The position numbers were made by a program, and so were the translations under genes. A DNA stretch of 64,000 nt, from positions 343,342 to 407,341 of the forward strand of contig JAQSYP010000002.1 in NCBI GenBank assembly GCA_029256085.1, in the 5' to 3' direction. Under the pieces are notes generated by a model, which did no database searches, was not told the origin of the DNA, and saw nothing but the letters and a program-made list of their open reading frames with translations. Origin of the DNA: Bacillales bacterium (GTDB lineage Bacteria; Bacillota; Bacilli; CAJFEE01). Shown one piece after another: positions 60,281 through 64,000 of this stretch (its first letter is position 1; every line of letters starts with the position of its first letter).

Positions 60281-61684
60281 TTAAAATTGAAAATATATAA
60301 ATGGCGATGAATAAACAGGAGTCAAGAATAGTATTCCTAACAAAATAAATAAAAGCACAAACATCCCTGTAAAATTATTTAATTTAAAATAATATGGCTC
60401 TTTAACTTTTGAACCAACAATATGGCTAATAATAACAATTGGAACTATTATCAATATCGATGTTGAATACCAAGCTACCCCATCAATTTCCCCAATGAAA
60501 AATAGTTTACTTAAAATAATCATCGATTGACTTACATTAGTTGTTCTGAATAATACCCAACCTACACAGACAAACAACATTGTAAGCAGCCAACAAATAA
60601 AATTATACATGAAACTATCCTTTTCCTTAGGAGTTCTAATGTTATCAACATAATATTTATGAATTGCCAAGCCTAGCCCTTGAAACCCACCCCATAATAC
60701 AAAATTCCAACTTGCACCATGCCACAAGCCTCCTAACAACATTACAATTACTAAATTTATATATTGTCGTGCTTTTCCTTTTCTATTTCCACCCAACGGT
60801 ATATATAAATACTCTCTTAACCAAGTAGATAGCGATATATGCCATCTTCTCCAAAATTCTGTAATACTTTTAGATATATATGGCATATTAAAGTTTCTAG
60901 GAATATCAAACCCAAGACATTTAGCAGAACCTATCGCCATATCTGTATATCCTGAAAAATCACAAAATATTTGAAGTGTATAAGCGATAACAGCAAGCCA
61001 TATAGTACCTGAATTATAATTATTAGGAGACGCGAAGACTGGATCAACAAATAATGCTAATCTATCGGCAATTAATATTTTCTTAATTAACCCAATAATA
61101 AATAACTGTAACCCTTTTTCAATATTACCCCAGGTAATAACAATATCTCGTTGTAATTGTGGTATAAATTCTCTTGGTTTAAGTATTGGTCCAGCAATTA
61201 GATGTGGAAAAAATGATACTAATAGTCCAAGATCTATGAATGCTTTAGGCGATCTAATATCTCGTCTGAATATATCAATAGTATAACTAATAAGTTCGAA
61301 CGTAATGAACGAAATACCTATCGGAAGAATGATCTCTAAAAAAGGAAGTCTAATACCAATGTTTTCGATTACAACATTCGCAGAGTCAATAAAAAAATTA
61401 TAATACTTAAATACTCCTAAGATTGATAAATTAAAAATAAGTCCAGTTATCAGCCAATTTTTTCTAACCTTATCATCTGAGCTATTTTCGATTTTAAGTC
61501 CAATAAAGTATGTTGCGAGAGTCATAGAGAACATTAAAATAGTAAAACGAAAGTCCCAGTAAGAGTAAAAGAAATAGCTTGCTAAAAATAAAAATACTTT
61601 CTTATATTTATTAGACTTTATTGTTATTAAGGATAATATAACGATTATAAAAAATATAAAATAATCTATGCTTGAAAAAATCAT
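60281..61684 (-). CDS. MBOAT family O-acyltransferase (AlgI/PatA-like)
   Basis: LPIGISF.TF, DFSGYTDMAIG, EFWRRWHISLSTWLREYLYIPLGG and GLWHGA. Confidence 0.93.
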   Translation of the reverse strand: MIFSSIDYFIFFIIVILSLITIKSNKYKKVFLFLASYFFYSYWDFRFTILMFSMTLATYFIGLKIENSSDDKVRKNWLITGLIFNLSILGVFKYYNFFIDSANVVIENIGIRLPFLEIILPIGISFITFELISYTIDIFRRDIRSPKAFIDLGLLVSFFPHLIAGPILKPREFIPQLQRDIVITWGNIEKGLQLFIIGLIKKILIADRLALFVDPVFASPNNYNSGTIWLAVIAYTLQIFCDFSGYTDMAIGSAKCLGFDIPRNFNMPYISKSITEFWRRWHISLSTWLREYLYIPLGGNRKGKARQYINLVIVMLLGGLWHGASWNFVLWGGFQGLGLAIHKYYVDNIRTPKEKDSFMYNFICWLLTMLFVCVGWVLFRTTNVSQSMIILSKLFFIGEIDGVAWYSTSILIIVPIVIISHIVGSKVKEPYYFKLNNFTGMFVLLFILLGILFLTPVYSSPFIYFQF

Positions 61685-62727
61685 TTATCTAACCTACCTT
61701 CAAAATACAGCGCTAGTTGTTCACCTACTAACCTATGACCCCATTTATTTATATGACCACTTCCTGGAGCAGTATTGTTAAACCCGTTTGACGGTGTTTT
61801 AAATCTACTATAGTAATCAATATAGTGTTGTCTCATGTTTATAACACCAACTTCATTTAGGTCACAATATTTCTCTAATAGTTTCTCAATATCTGTAGGT
61901 TTACTATTTTTAATATCTTCATAGTTTATTGTTGGCAAGTATACAATAACAACGTTTGAGTATTTCTTTTTTAATGATTCAACGGTCCATTTCACAAGTA
62001 AATCATTTTCATCTGAATCGTCACCACTTGTGACTACGCTAGACTTTGAAACTACCTCAGTAGGAGAGCTTAATAACTTTTGAGCTTTATCTGCACCCAC
62101 TCTTAAAACAGAAAACTCTAGTAATCCCTTAAACTGCGGAAATTTTTGTAATAATACGTTTGCACTTTGAAAATTCCTATTAAAAACAGTTATAAAATTT
62201 TCATTTTCATCTTTAATAACATAAAAATTTCTAGTTGTATCTAGCATATCAACTTTAAAATCATCGTCATTTAATTGGATGATTGTATAATCTTGGTTAA
62301 TATTTTTGTTATAGAAATTTGATAAATGTATATAATGAGCAGGTGAACCACCACTTCTTCCAGCATTAATAACATTCAATTTTTTAGACGTTTTTGATTT
62401 TAATTCTTCCTCTAATATCTGTGTATACGTGTTACTTTCATCTACTTGGAATGCTTCTGTATATGAATCGCCTAATGCTAGGATTCTAATCTCATTTTTA
62501 CCTTTTTTTGTAATCTCATTTGATCTCATACCCAAACTATTAATCTTAGACCTGCTGTAGCCTTCAGTACCTTGAATATAAGTCCCTTTTTTATAAATTC
62601 TGCCTAGTTCTGGATGATCTTTATATCCAGTAGTATTTATAGTCGTATTTGCTAGAATAATCTCCCAAACTATAAGAGCTATTACTCCTGAGATAACGAG
62701 TTTAAATATAATTTTCAAATTGATCAC
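61681..62727 (-). CDS. SGNH/GDSL-fold protein, likely O-acyltransferase partner
   Basis: N-terminal TM; LGDSYTE; INAGRSG; GHINKWGH; ATGA overlap with the MBOAT gene. Confidence 0.85.
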   Translation of the reverse strand: MINLKIIFKLVISGVIALIVWEIILANTTINTTGYKDHPELGRIYKKGTYIQGTEGYSRSKINSLGMRSNEITKKGKNEIRILALGDSYTEAFQVDESNTYTQILEEELKSKTSKKLNVINAGRSGGSPAHYIHLSNFYNKNINQDYTIIQLNDDDFKVDMLDTTRNFYVIKDENENFITVFNRNFQSANVLLQKFPQFKGLLEFSVLRVGADKAQKLLSSPTEVVSKSSVVTSGDDSDENDLLVKWTVESLKKKYSNVVIVYLPTINYEDIKNSKPTDIEKLLEKYCDLNEVGVINMRQHYIDYYSRFKTPSNGFNNTAPGSGHINKWGHRLVGEQLALYFEGRLDK

Positions 62728-62875
62728 CCTAACTGATGTTCTACTGCACTTTGAGTATTTATTACACTAAAATCTTATAATATAAATCTAATTACGAAAA
62801 CCTATATACTACGACACAATTCGACATTATTGGAAATAAAAAACCAGAAACCTAATTGGATTCTGGTGCTTTAAT

Positions 62876-64000
62876 TTATTTTAAATAATAATGGTTTATA
62901 ATATCTCTTAACCTAGAGAAAATGAATCCTATAGTAACAAATAACATTAAGTTAAAAGGAATATAAAAAATTATGCTATTAATATGAAGATGATATCGCA
63001 TGTGGCCTTGTGCTATAACTACCCACGAAAAAGTTGCGATCAAAGAAATAAAACACACTATAACTAAGTTTACTAGTTTAGATTCCTTAACAAATTTTGA
63101 CTTATTTATAAAGAAGTAAATTATAATTAGCATAAAAACTACAAAAAGTGTAAACTGGCTTACTGCCGTAAAAGAAGCCGGCAATTTAAAGTATTTCAAT
63201 AAAGTAATAAAATCATTAAAAAATGATATTTCCTTACCTAAGGTGTCTCCAAAAGATCTAGCCGTCCCACGTTGAGATATTACTTTTATCGCCTCTTGTA
63301 AACTCCCAAAATGATTATATCCTTGTACTAAGTGAAGACCCAATGCCAAGATGAAGCCAAATATTGTTGAAACAAACGTTATTGCACACTTTTTTAGAAT
63401 TTCTTTAAAATGTGTTTCCTTATTTAGCTCATAGTATATGATTGGAATTAGACAGCTTAATGAAATATTAGTGATATATTCATATCCACAAAGACTTTTT
63501 ATAAAAAACAAGAAAACTATGAAGAAGCAATAATACCTAAACTTTATCTCGTTATAATATCGCCACGTGATTACGAAAGGTAAAAAAGATAAAAAAATTA
63601 CCCAATATAAGTTGAGGGAAAATAATATTAACCACGGAGATGTAATTATCCCAATTAGGGTTACAAAAAATGTAATTTTACCAAATTCACGTTTAATACT
63701 TTGCAAAAATAGACTTAATGTAGCTGCAAACATAAAACCAACTGTGTATTTTAATACTTTAAAATACACGTCAAAATTGTCACCTAGAGCAAAGAGTGAG
63801 AATATTTTCCCCTGAATTCCATATGCGGATATATAGAGCCTCCCATCTGGGAGCAACATAAAGCCACCAGTATTTGAAGCGTTTGTAATTGAGTTGATTA
63901 TAGTAGTAGTAACTATTCCCTCTGAATCAGCCTGAAAAGTTTCTACATACGTAACAGCAGTAGATGCTATAAATACGAAAAATATAATCAAACTTGTTGT
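62876..64000 (-). CDS. Polytopic membrane protein, possibly a surface-glycan modification enzyme; 5' end beyond window
   Basis: Many TM segments; frame open to the window edge; next to MBOAT/SGNH genes. Confidence 0.6.
   Translation of the reverse strand, partial: TTSLIIFFVFIASTAVTYVETFQADSEGIVTTTIINSITNASNTGGFMLLPDGRLYISAYGIQGKIFSLFALGDNFDVYFKVLKYTVGFMFAATLSLFLQSIKREFGKITFFVTLIGIITSPWLILFSLNLYWVIFLSFLPFVITWRYYNEIKFRYYCFFIVFLFFIKSLCGYEYITNISLSCLIPIIYYELNKETHFKEILKKCAITFVSTIFGFILALGLHLVQGYNHFGSLQEAIKVISQRGTARSFGDTLGKEISFFNDFITLLKYFKLPASFTAVSQFTLFVVFMLIIIYFFINKSKFVKESKLVNLVIVCFISLIATFSWVVIAQGHMRYHLHINSIIFYIPFNLMLFVTIGFIFSRLRDIINHYYLK

Noticed and set aside
1-64000. tRNA, rRNA, IS/transposase, integrase and prophage genes
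   Set aside because: None recognisable by eye in this window

Overview
AT-rich chromosomal segment of a spore-forming Bacillaceae-type Firmicute (spoVR, yhdB, pgcA, glpD, comK-family gene, T-box leader, sigma-H-type promoters). (1) 1-14.3 kb: dense field of short lipoprotein and membrane-protein genes with paralogy, apparent domain shuffling, gene decay and repeated back-to-back sigma-H-type promoters. (2) 16-19.4 kb: sulfur/selenium-relay island (ArsR-rhodanese, DsrE, methyltransferase) whose membrane gene appears to read through an in-frame UGA followed by a SECIS-like hairpin (TsoY-like selenoprotein candidate). (3) 19.4-38.8 kb: mostly housekeeping genes, a T-box-controlled amino-acid ABC importer, three unrelated intergenic arrays of ~21-bp period and one GC-rich palindromic element. 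(4) 39.0-58.1 kb, the standout: nine co-oriented genes encoding five secreted multiheme c-type cytochromes (39 CxxCH plus 3 CxxxCH motifs, hand-counted), two NHL beta-propellers, a TPR protein and an acidic FN3 protein. Two are hexahemes whose motif layout parallels the Geobacter nanowire cytochrome OmcS; three are ~1250-aa FN3/Ig-stalked 9+1-heme proteins with a divergent jelly-roll-like domain. This is a candidate Gram-positive extracellular electron transfer/cytochrome-filament system. (5) 58.3-64 kb: comK-family gene, sigma factor/DUF1659/DUF2922/YvrJ cluster and an MBOAT-SGNH O-acylation locus. All family assignments are by eye and from memory; no searches were run.
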